DNA of 64,000 nucleotides from Bispira polyomma (lineage: Eukaryota), in the NCBI GenBank assembly GCA_965649765.1, contig OZ287748.1, positions 86,490,001-86,554,000 on the forward strand, given 5' to 3'. A model generated the notes under the pieces. The model was not told the DNA's origin. It made no database searches and saw nothing but the letters and a program-made list of their open reading frames with translations. The position numbers and the translations under genes were made by a program. Every line of letters begins with the position of its first letter. The first letter of the stretch is position 1. This document shows positions 41,849 through 51,878 of the stretch, one piece after another.

Positions 41849-42075
41849 GGATTAATAATCTAATCTAATCAAACTTTTATGGCGCTCAATCTCCATTTTA
41901 GTGGCTTCTAAGGCGCATGTATCATTATTGTATTCAAGTATTGAAACATTCTTTAACGAAAGGTGGTCGTATCCATGGATACACCGAAATGAATATGTAA
42001 CTAGGAATGAATTAAAAGCCTTGGCAAACAAGTATGTCTTTAATTTTGCTTTTAAAAATAACAGATGTCCTACAC
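41849..42075 (-). mobile_element. L2-clade LINE 3' end
   Basis: Minus strand encodes KAKLKTYLFAKAF (typical ORF2 terminus), then gcgcctt...gagcgccataaaag and a (GATTA)n tail. Confidence 0.75.
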
Positions 42076-42386
42076 AGTAAATCAAAACTAACTTTAAGTT
42101 CTTTCTGTGCAGTGTGTGATGTAATGGTGCAGTTGTCAGTAGATGACAGATTAGCCCCACTTCACCAGGGCACAGCTTCCTTCTTCACATTCCCCACTTA
42201 GTAGCCATTCAGACTGGGGGAGAAGTTCATGTGTCTGTCTGTACAGCCACCATATCCTTTGACATACACAATCTAGCCTTGTGGAAGCTCTAGATTCCTT
42301 CATAAGCTGGAACCCCCACCCCACAAAAAAAAAAAAATTCTTTATTTTTACTTTAGTGAATTTTTTCTGATATTGTTTTTTTTTCT

Positions 42387-42550
42387 GAAAAGGGAGCCGC
42401 CATCTTAGAAATAATATGTAAGGCTCTCATGAACTGGTTAGAAGCATTCGATTCGTCCAAAATGGCGTGCTTGAGTATATAGTGGCCATATCAATGTTCG
42501 TATATTTCACGCTTTGCGCCTGTATTTTTTTAAAAAGATTACCCTTGTTA
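42387..42550 (-). repeat. Inverted partner of the 40751-40930 repeat
   Basis: cgccatcttagaaataa...tggccatatcaa...tatttcacg...cttgtta. Confidence 0.8.
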
Positions 42551-43339
42551 TGTAAAGTAATACATGTACTTGTTTTTGTTATTGTTTATGTATGTATAGA
42601 GTAGAGATTCTATTATCCAAACATGTTGAGCTGAACCACTGTGTTTAGTTAAAATCTTAGTAATTTATTTAAAGTTTATAAATTCCTAAATTCTAAACTC
42701 ACAATGGATAAGTTTGTCCTGAAGTGTAGGTATTTCAATTTGCGCCTTAGTAAGGCTTGATGTGACTTAATCCTCTGTGATGGTTGTTAAAAACTGTCTT
42801 CAATGACATTGATACAGGGCTCTTGTGTCTGCATTTATAGAGCTATAGATTTAAACTGATCAAACCTGTAAACACACATACTGTATTCTCTCTAATAAAC
42901 AGCCCTGAGTTTTCCAAAAAAAGGGGCTATTGTTAAAGAAAACAATGTTCATTTATGGTGGTGATACGTATCGTTAATAAAAATCATAGTAATTTGTATT
43001 AAGCCATTAAACTTCCCAAAGAATGTTTGGATGCTATGAAATTTCGATGCTGACCTGCATTATCATACAATTGTCCGATATAAATTGTTATTTGCCATTT
43101 TGAGACCGATATCAGTTTTGAAGCGGCCATGGTGAGTAAAAATACACAATAACAGCAAATAGAGATACTACTAACCTTTCGATATATTACCAGGGAAAAC
43201 AGGTGGCCATTTGGAAACCGCCATTGGCCGTTTCGAAATGTAAATCACTAATATAACATCTTCAACTCTGGCTTGAAGGAGGGCTTATAATCGTTTACTA
43301 GGGGAAACAGAATCTCAGTCTGCGATACCAGAAAACGGA

Positions 43340-43402
43340 TGTTATACCTTCTCTGTTGCAGTGCCAACCCTATGGAACAATTTACTAGACAATATAAGAT
43401 CC
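43340..43402 (+). mobile_element. L2/CR1 LINE ORF2 C-terminal fragment
   Basis: Translates YTFSVAVPTLWNNLLDNIRS (FSVA.P.LWN.LP motif). Confidence 0.7.
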
Positions 43403-45038
43403 AAGAAGATATATAAGATCTCTTCACCCCCGCTTACCCTCTCTTGACATCTCTTTTCTCCACATTACCTCCCCGATCACAAATTTGCATTGGAAACAGA
43501 CTACAGACTACAATTTTACCAATTTTGTCAAAGGTGTTGCACTGTAGAAGATGCCTGGCATCAAATTAGGCACATTAAAAATCTATCATCCCATATCATT
43601 TGCATTATATTTTAGTGTAGAACCTGCTGAAATATTGGCAATTTTAGTGATCATCTAAGTTATTCTTTGAATTTCTGTGAGGGGGGGTATAATTACTCGG
43701 GGGGGGGGGGGGGGCTTTATTATGGAAAATACTGTACATATATATATATATATCTTCACCATATATATATTGTATAATGAAAGAGAAGAAGATAGGAGTT
43801 TAGATAACTCTTAGAAAAGAGATCTTAACGTCTTCTTGTTGTGGCGCATTCATAGCTCACACAGTGGTACTTGCTTCTTATAAACCCTGCTTAATTGTCA
43901 ATTATACACATTGAGATAGGGTAAAAGCAATAGACAAGTACTATTCTCTAAACCCCCCTTCTTTTCTTAGTTAATTTTTTTTTCATTTTAGTTTGGATAG
44001 GGTTTGTTTTTTTCTGATATAGATATTATGGACCACCTACAAAACTTAAACCACAATGACTTTTTTGTAGGGGGCGATGAATAGAGGGTTTCTTTTATTT
44101 ATGTATTCAGTCTTTTTTTAGAAATATTTTTATTTATAGTATATAGTAAACTGTGAATCAAGAACGGGGAGTTTAAATTGGAATTTTCCTTAAAACTTTT
44201 TTTTGGTTGTTGTTTTTTTGTAAGAGGACAAAAAAAGAAAGAAGTAAATATTGTTTTGAGATTTTGGCCTCATGTACACATAAATTTTTTTTGTACCATG
44301 TGTCTTTTTGCATTTAAAAGTAGATATTATGTAGAATAAATATTCATATATTTGCCCCTAACATATTATTTACGATTTTTTTTAGATTATGGTACGCTCA
44401 CTTACAAAAGCATTTAACACTATTTAAATTGAAGGCTTTGAATATTTTTAGCTCAATTTAGCTGATATGGTTGGCAAAGCTATTAATCTATTTCCATTTT
44501 GTTATCATATACCAAAAATCTGTTTGTTTCATTAAAGTGTATAAATCTCCGTAAGGTATTTGACTAATAGAGGTTAATCTCTGTTTATTTTCCTCCAAAT
44601 GGTTCTGTATTCATGAACCTTTTAAAGCTTAATTTCAGTGTTACTCCAAGTATACCCCAAATTTACCCTTTTCAAGGTAGATATTTATCTCATATATGTA
44701 TATACATATATATGTTGGGGAGAGGCTGCCATACTTAGGATCCTAAGTTGGGCTATAGATAGAAATATAATATTGACAAAATTGGAAGTTGGACTGCAAC
44801 ATATATACAGTACATGTATAAAAACCATAACTGAAAATATTTCCATACTTTGTGGCTAAGGAATTTAATTATAAAAAATCATCCGAATTAATTTATGTTG
44901 TTAAATCATAGAGGTACAATCTCAACATCATTAGATGTTATTTAAAGATGAATTGTATACTTATTCTTTTGAGAATATATGGCCCCTGGTTCTGTTTGAG
45001 AAATGACACTTAATTCCCTATTGTGTATATTTTTTCAG

Positions 45039-45914
45039 GTGATTGACACCCCTCAGGAAGTCCCATTTCTTGCCACACTACAGCATTTCCTGCAAATAGA
45101 ACCCTCGGATCCCCTCAGTGACACCATCTGGGAGACCATCGAGAAGGTCATCTACCGCGCCACCCTACTGGAGAAGCCCGAAGATTCCGAGAAGTTGATC
45201 ATCGGCAGTCAGAAGAGATTCGACAAGGCCATCTCTCAGAAGCAGTGCGAGAACTGCCACTGTCAGTGCCATGACGAACAAGAGGCTCGACTGAGAAGAG
45301 AAAGCCTCCAGGCACAGTTTTCCCCTACATCGCCTTCTTTAAGACATAGGGATATCACAGGCATGAGTCCAGGACCCTCTACACCACTTTCTACCATGGT
45401 TCCTGTGATGATACCGGTAGAAGGGGCAGCATCACCGGTTGGACCACCACCACCAGCTCCTCCAATGACTGGGGTTCCTGCCCCTCCTCCTCCCCCGCCA
45501 CCTCCTCCGCCTCCCCCGGCACCTCCAATTGTAGAAGGAGTAGGGGGGATACCTCCACCCCCACCCCCGCCACCACCACCAATGGGAGGACCTCCACCGC
45601 CTCCACCCCCTCCAGGAGGAATTAGCAACACACACACTCCAACAACAGTCAAACTACCTCAGCAGCAAACCCCTACGCCCAAGTCAAAGATGAGGAAACT
45701 CCAGTGGAACAAGATCCCGGCGATAAAAGTCATTGGGGGAGGCAACAACCTCTGGAAAAACGTGGGCAAGATGTTCACCGATGTCAGTGTGAACTTTGAT
45801 CAAATGGAAGAACTTTTCGCCGTGAAGTCTTCTTCGAAGGCAAAGGATAAAGAACCAGTGGATGAAAGTGGTGCCACTACACCTGTGACTGAGAGGAAGA
45901 AGAAATCTGAGGTG
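45039..45914 (+). CDS. INF2: Formin exon E (876 nt): dimerisation region, FH1 poly-proline, start of FH2
   Basis: Acceptor tttttcag at 45038, donor GTG|gtaagt at 45915; 292 codons within ORF 45003..46094; PPPPPPP tracts then KMRKLQWNKI. Confidence 0.95.
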
Positions 45915-46392
45915 GTAAGTTGTCAGTTATTTATCAGTCAGAGACTTGGTAATGGTACAAACAGATGTAAAGAGGTAGAGATTGTAAATTATGAGATATA
46001 TAGCTCAAAATTCTGCAATTTGTATGATCAGACAAAATCGGCTACAACAAGTGGCACTCTTTTGGGCAGGTTGTATCAACGTTTTATTGAGTAAACTTCC
46101 TGATGATGTTAATGAGGTTGCTGCTGGTTATAATTGATTGTATTTAAATATTTTACATGTTACTTTGAATAAATAATAATTATAATGAAATGATGATATC
46201 TGTTACCTCTGCATCAACCACTTCAATGGTATTCTTTGTTATATTTTGTCTGACGCTATGCCTGTCACCGTACTAAGTTGTACGAATCACATTGACTTAC
46301 AAGTCTTTATCATTTCAGGTTTAAAGATGTATATATGTAATAATCATAGTTATATAGCTGAGTAGTTTGACTGTTTGTCTTATTCTTTACAG

Positions 46393-46557
46393 ATAAATCT
46401 TCTTGACTCCAAGAAGAGCTTGAATGTGAACATCTTCCTGAGACAGTTTAGAATCCCCGTCTCTGAAGTCATTGGTCATCTGGCTAAGGGTGAGAGTGAG
46501 AAAATAGGTGCAGAGAAGCTGAAAAGTCTGATGAAAATCTTACCAGAAAATGATGAT
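46393..46557 (+). CDS. INF2: Formin exon F (165 nt), FH2: INLLDSKKSLNVNIFLRQF...LPENDD
   Basis: Acceptor ctttacag at 46392, donor GAT|gtaagt at 46558. Confidence 0.95.
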
Positions 46558-46619
46558 GTAAGTTACCACCGCTTACAAATGATATTCTTGGTACATATAT
46601 CCTAACTTGTACTGTTCTC

Positions 46620-46790
46620 TAACCGAGCAACATTGGTTTATTGTACACTGGAGGGAGTTCAGTCATCCATTGGTAACACACTTGTATAAACTCATCACCA
46701 ATTTCACCTGTTCTGATTTCCTCCACCGCTGAACTTCCCATTGTGATATGAGACAAATGTGTTGAAGCAATGTTTAACGTTAACTAAATC
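46620..46790 (+). mobile_element. SINE family 2, degenerate 3' part
   Basis: ttctgatttcctccacc...gtgttgaagcaatgtttaac...aactaaa. Confidence 0.5.
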
Positions 46791-47040
46791 TTAAATAGAG
46801 AGAGACAGCTTAGTTTGGGTGCATGATTAGTATGCACAATGTTCTGGTTTTGAAATAAATACCTAAAACCGATGTGGCATGATTTTAGTGCAAAATAGTA
46901 TTTTTTGTTTTACAAAAGTTTAAATTGAGAATTAAACATATTAATTATTGAAATTACATTTAATTAGTCTTATAGTAATGCATTACAAGGCATGTAAATG
47001 ATATCACAGTAACATTAGCATGTGTGACCATTGATTTCAG

Positions 47041-47129
47041 ATTGAGATGCTTAGAACCTTCACTGGTGACAAATCAAAACTGGGGACTGCAGAGGTTTTT
47101 TACTTGCAAGTATTGGAAGAACTTCCAAA
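47041..47129 (+). CDS. INF2: Formin exon G (89 nt), FH2: IEMLRTFTGDKSKLGTAEVFYLQVLEELP(N)
   Basis: Not in ORF track. Acceptor gatttcag at 47040, donor AA|gtgagt at 47130; LG.AE.F FH2 motif. Confidence 0.93.
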
Positions 47130-47719
47130 GTGAGTGCACATTACAACTCTAGGTATTAATTAATCGACCGTAAATTTAGTGGAAGTAACTTCCCTAGCGT
47201 ACTTTTACATGGTTTCGTACTTGCTTCCGATGCTATAGTGCTGAGTGGGTGGGGGTGGGGGATTTGATGGATAGTGGAGCAATTCCTTTCAGTAATCAGA
47301 GAAAGACTCCTGAGAGATTTTTAAAGCAATAGACCAAAATAGTTACTGGACTGCTCCAAATAGTGGACTCTCCCAACTTAACAACTAGATTTGACTAGAT
47401 ATCTGAGTGTAGTAACTGGAGAAATGAGAGAATATTATGGGCTGTTGTAAGACTAGGAGGCTTTGACCTTTAAGAGCATGGGATTTATGCCTACTTGACA
47501 CGGGCTGGTATTCATAAAAAGTCTTTGTCGTAAATTTTTGTGTCAAGCAATTTGAATCTGATTGGCTGAGATTAAAAAAAACGAAGAATGTTTGTAAGTA
47601 TACTGTCCCGGATGCTATTCCAACAATAATTTAAGTTTACTTTTTCATGCACATAGTGGATGTTTATCTGATCACTTTTTAAAGTTTTTAAGCTAATTTT
47701 GATATCTCTGACCAAAACT

Positions 47720-47985
47720 GGTGTGATAATGTACTCATATATATACATTGTCCCTTTACAAGGTAGTGTAGCTTATTTTTGTGTCATATTTCACACATAT
47801 ATATTTTATTTTCCCCTACACCCTCTACTGTAGCTATAAGGTGGGAATAGAAGCTATATACTGCTGACAGCTGATGTTTTGGATCAGTGACTGATTGGTG
47901 TTATATTGTACACCTTTATATTATTGTCTCTACACCATGTATTGTAGCTACAAGGTGAGAATAGAAGCTATGTTGATGAAGGAAG
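47720..47985 (+). repeat. Tandem duplication (~114 bp, plus a truncated third copy) spanning exon H acceptor
   Basis: ctacaccctctactgtag|ctataaggtgggaatagaagctat (AG at 47832-33) versus ctacaccatgtattgtag|ctacaaggtgagaatagaagctat (AG at 47946-47). Confidence 0.88.
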
Positions 47986-48119
47986 AGTTCACACAGACCT
48001 TGGATTGGCTGAAGCCAGCCATTGATGCCATCATCATCACAGCACGTGACTTACAAGAGAGCAAGTTCCTGCATGAGATACTCTACATGGTGTTGTTAGC
48101 AGGAAACTACCTCAATACT
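47948..48119 (+). CDS. INF2: Formin exon H (172 nt), FH2: YKVRIEAMLMKEEF...VLLAGNYLNT
   Basis: Acceptor attgtag at 47947, donor ACT|gtaagt at 48120; GNYLN FH2 signature. Confidence 0.95.
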
Positions 48120-48135
48120 GTAAGTGCACTGTCCA

Positions 48136-48336
48136 TAGACCATTGATCAATTCGTAGATGGTCACACATCCACCAATTTGATGTATTGTGGGTAATCTTT
48201 GGGATAAACATGCAACACTTTGAATGGATGTTTCCGAAGAATAACCCCAAATTTAAAGCTTTTTTTACCCCATAGATTACCCACAATACATCAAATTGGC
48301 GGGTGTGTGACCATCTACAAAGTGATCAATAGTCAA
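48136..48336. mobile_element. Fold-back MITE, ~200 bp with ~70-bp TIRs
   Basis: attgatcaattcgtagatggtcacacatccaccaatttgatgtattgtgggtaatct is mirrored by agattacccacaatacatcaaattggcgggtgtgtgaccatctacaaagtgatcaat. Confidence 0.88.
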
Positions 48337-48612
48337 AACCTCTATAAATTACAGTGGACGCTATTGGGTGACTGGGTCAAAATAGTCACTATACAGAGGT
48401 GTTTACTACTATACAGATGTAGCCACTTTTTTATGAAAAAAAATATTTCATAAAACACACCAGTACATCTTTAATTTCAAGTAATATAGATTATATAGAC
48501 CAGCACAGAAAGTGTGCACTAATGGGAATGTATTTACATGTACATGTATCTACATATAGATTTATTTGTTTCCATTGATATTTTCTGACTCTTTGTTAAA
48601 TTATTCCACCAT

Positions 48613-48774
48613 CAAAGTCAAAGTTAAAGTTTAGAGTTTTACGTCCCGTTCAACAGCCATGGTCATATTGGGACAGGTCCACAGCATTTGTCACTTGAGG
48701 GAGGTGAACCCACACAGAGGTGACAGCCTGTGATTAGATACCAAATTTGCTAACCACTCGGCCACTCAGAGCCT
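48613..48774 (-). mobile_element. Short full-length tRNA-derived SINE (family 3) with 14-bp TSD
   Basis: Reverse strand ggctctgagtggccgagtggttagc...gggttcacctccc...gctgttgaacgggacgtaaaac + (acttt) tail; TSD aattattccaYcat at 48599-612 and 48775-788. Confidence 0.88.
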
Positions 48775-48994
48775 AATTATTCCATCATAGATTGACTGGT
48801 TTTTTAAAAACTTTCAATATGCACTTTGTAAAAAGCTATAGTACATGACAATAAATGCAATTGTGCATCCATCTAATTTAATGGACTTCATTTTACAAAT
48901 CTACTTTGATATGCTGTATCCAAACTGTCCAAACCTTGGGCTCTTACAGGTAATAGATAGATGGCAACAAGTGTATACTTTTACTTCATTACAG

Positions 48995-49291
48995 GGTGGT
49001 TATTCTGGTGACGCAGCAGGCTTTAAACTGGGTTCACTGCTGAAGCTGACTGAGATCCGAGCCAACAAGCCGCGCATGAACCTGATGCACTATGTGGTGG
49101 CCCAGGCAGAGGACAAGAATGCGGAGCTGCTGAACTTAACTGAGGAGTTCAAATACCTGAAAGAGGCGTCCCGCTATTCTGTGGAATGTATCAACTCTGA
49201 CATCATCTGTATCAGGGACAAAATGAAAGTCATCACTGAACAGGTCCAGAGTGATGATGAATTCCAGCAGCAGATTTCTGGATTTCTTGCT
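48995..49291 (+). CDS. INF2: Formin exon I (297 nt), FH2: GGYSGDAAGFKLGSLLKLTEIRANKPRMNLMHYV...ISGFLA
   Basis: Acceptor cattacag at 48994, donor GCT|gtaagt at 49292. Confidence 0.95.
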
Positions 49292-49920
49292 GTAAGTTTT
49301 ATAAAACTCTTGTTATTTGCAAGGGTTATCACAAACAGTCGCAGTTTTTACATATTTGAAAGTATTACTTGTGTTGTTGAATTCAAATTTGTACTTAATT
49401 GTTTGTCCAGTATTCAAAGGATTAACTTTTTCTTGGCTGCCAAAGTACAACCAACCAGCATTTATTAGTAACTGTCCTTTCCTTCACTGAAGATCAAGAC
49501 TTGAGGGGTGACCATTTATTATCTAAGTCTCTAAGTTTCTTTAGCCTGCCTGCTTGCCACTAGGAATAAGACCCACTGAAAGAGGATTAGAATTTTAAGT
49601 GGTCATCCAAGTCACTATGTATTTGCCTGTATGTGGTTTCTTCAGGCTAGGATCGAATGTGTGTCCTCTTTATTGATCAATAAGTGTGTTACCAACTGGG
49701 GAAACAAGAAAATTTTAGCTAAAAGAATATTTAATTACTTTACAATTTTTAAATTATTCACTGGAATTTATTTTCAATATTGGCCATGTGTAATTGAGAT
49801 TAAAAGATTGATACAAATATTAACTCTTCAAGCTGTTTAGCGGAAATAGCTAAAATTAAGTCCTGGTGAATGTGACCACATTATAGACTATTTTATACAT
49901 TCTGTACCACTTTATATCAG

Positions 49921-50085
49921 ATGGCCCAAAATGAAATGGTTGAACTAGAACAAGATCTGACAGAACTGGAAAACCTTCGTGTTGAACTGTCCGATTACTT
50001 CTGTGAAGATAAAACTACCTTTAAACTGGAAGAATGTATCAAGATCTTCAGTGTATTCTGTGAAAAGTTCCAGAAAGCAAAACAG
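49921..50085 (+). CDS. INF2: Formin exon J (165 nt), FH2 C-terminal: MAQNEMVELE...YFCEDKTTFKLEECIKIF...KAKQ
   Basis: Acceptor tatatcag at 49920, donor CAG|gtatgt at 50086; YFCED..F.LEEC motif typical of INF2/FHDC1. Confidence 0.95.
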
Positions 50086-50621
50086 GTATGTTGCTTATTC
50101 AGGTATTTTGTTATTTATAGTTGAAACTAAGGAATATTGCAGAGTGCCACAAAAAATGTATAGAAATTTCAGTTGAAGTGCTTTAATTACAAATATCCTT
50201 AATTATTGCTAATATTTCAATATTTTTCAATATAACAGCTAATGAAAGAAGGTCCCCAGAATTGTCTAAAGGGGTGACTAAACCCCTTATTTGAGTGAAG
50301 AGTGTTGTACCCATTGTTAAACCGCCTTTGCTATAGGTATCGAATGGATGGATTTAAACACAGATGTTACAGAACAGGTTATGCCAGAAACCACCTGTAT
50401 ATTGGTAAATAAAAAGAACTGCACTTTAGTCCCATAAAAGTTTACAACTTTCTATATGAGCTAAAAGGCCAAGGCTTGACATCTCAGATAAATACAGCAA
50501 CCAGATGCCCGGACATATTGATTTTGTAAAGCACACTAGTGAAGTTCCCCTTCACGTTAGTGTCTGTATTAATGTTTCACACATATTCCCTGTACAGTAC
50601 AATATGCTGTTTATTTCACAG

Positions 50622-50727
50622 GAGAACCGTGAGCGCACTCTTGCAGAAGAAAAGGCAGAAATGCGAAAGCGACAGAGAGAAGAACAGCTCCAGCAGGCCA
50701 CAGACAAGAAGAAACGTAGACCAAGTG
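50622..50727 (+). CDS. INF2: Formin exon K (106 nt): ENRERTLAEEKAEMRKRQREEQLQQATDKKKRRPS(G)
   Basis: Acceptor tttcacag at 50621, donor G|gtgagt at 50728; post-FH2 charged helix. Confidence 0.92.
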
Positions 50728-51277
50728 GTGAGTGCTATCCAAGATACGGTCAATTCTACGTAACTAGAAAAAACACAGTCAAATTCCTCTATAAGTAGAA
50801 AACTAAAACCAAATCCTGTGGCTATTGGACAATCAACTTATATGGTAATTTTAAAGTTTCAGTCATATCTCCATAACAAGTGAGAAGTGGAAATACTGTT
50901 CCTTTTAAGTTTAACCTCAAAGGACCTGACAAAATACCTCTACTTTAGCAAAATATCCACTGCATGGGGACGCTTTTAAAGAAAAATACCTTTGTGGGAC
51001 TAATGACTTTAAATGAATAATGAATAAAAGGGAAAACAGAGTTCTGCTTAAAGAATTTCGACTGTCCATCTAGTTTTGTGATGGAATGTTGTGCCATAGT
51101 CAGCCTCTGCTGTATATAGAACTCTGTCAAGTAGAATATCATGTTTTAATCACATTAATTTCCCAATAAGGCTTTAAGTTTTGTCCTATTTAATGACACT
51201 TTAGTTTAGTAACTGATGGACATATTTATTGTAAAGCTAGAATCTGATCACATGCCAATGAACAGTTAGCCTCAGGT

Positions 51278-51765
51278 CCCTCTCAGCAGATGTCGACGTC
51301 GGCCGATTTATCAACATCCAAGCCAAACCGACATCAGCCGATGTAGCACATCCTTTCATCCAATATGTACTAAATATTTTATTATAAAATATATATATTT
51401 CTTTTTTCTTCAGAGATAGAAGTAAAATTGTGAGAAATTAAAAAAAAAATATTATTAAAAGAAAGAATTATTAACATCCAAACCAATCTGACATCAGCCG
51501 ATGTAGCACTTCCTTTCATCCGATATGTACTAAATATTTTATTATAAAATATATGTATTTCTTTTTTTCTTCATTTTTGTTCAAAAATCGGACAGACTTC
51601 CTGATTTTATCGCAACCCTGACTGATAAAATATGATCTGCTGCAAATACGGTGAAAGGGAGCACTTAGTAGTATTCTGTAATGAGCAATAAAATCGGCCG
51701 ATGTTGAGAAAAACATACTGAAAGGAGATAGAATTAAAATTAAGAGAAGTTAAAAAAAAGTATTA
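51278..51765. mobile_element. Degenerate MITE with internal ~100-bp direct duplication
   Basis: tcggccgattt / aaatcggccga inverted ends; 51313-51411 is duplicated at 51473-51572. Confidence 0.55.
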
Positions 51766-51878
51766 GCCCTTGATAAGTTTTCGAACTAAAGGTATAACCA
51801 AACAGGCAATAAGTCAAAAAATTATAACTACTAGTCAAACTATGACACTTACAACTTGCAAATTTTATATTTTTATAG

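Noticed and set aside
45263-45652. Gly-rich/Trp-Arg-rich minus-strand ORFs
   Set aside because: Antisense shadows of the FH1 poly-proline codons.
51770-51878. Start of the 1260-aa ORF as a stand-alone gene
   Set aside because: The first 36 codons are intronic; a phase-compatible acceptor at 51878 links the ORF to exon K.
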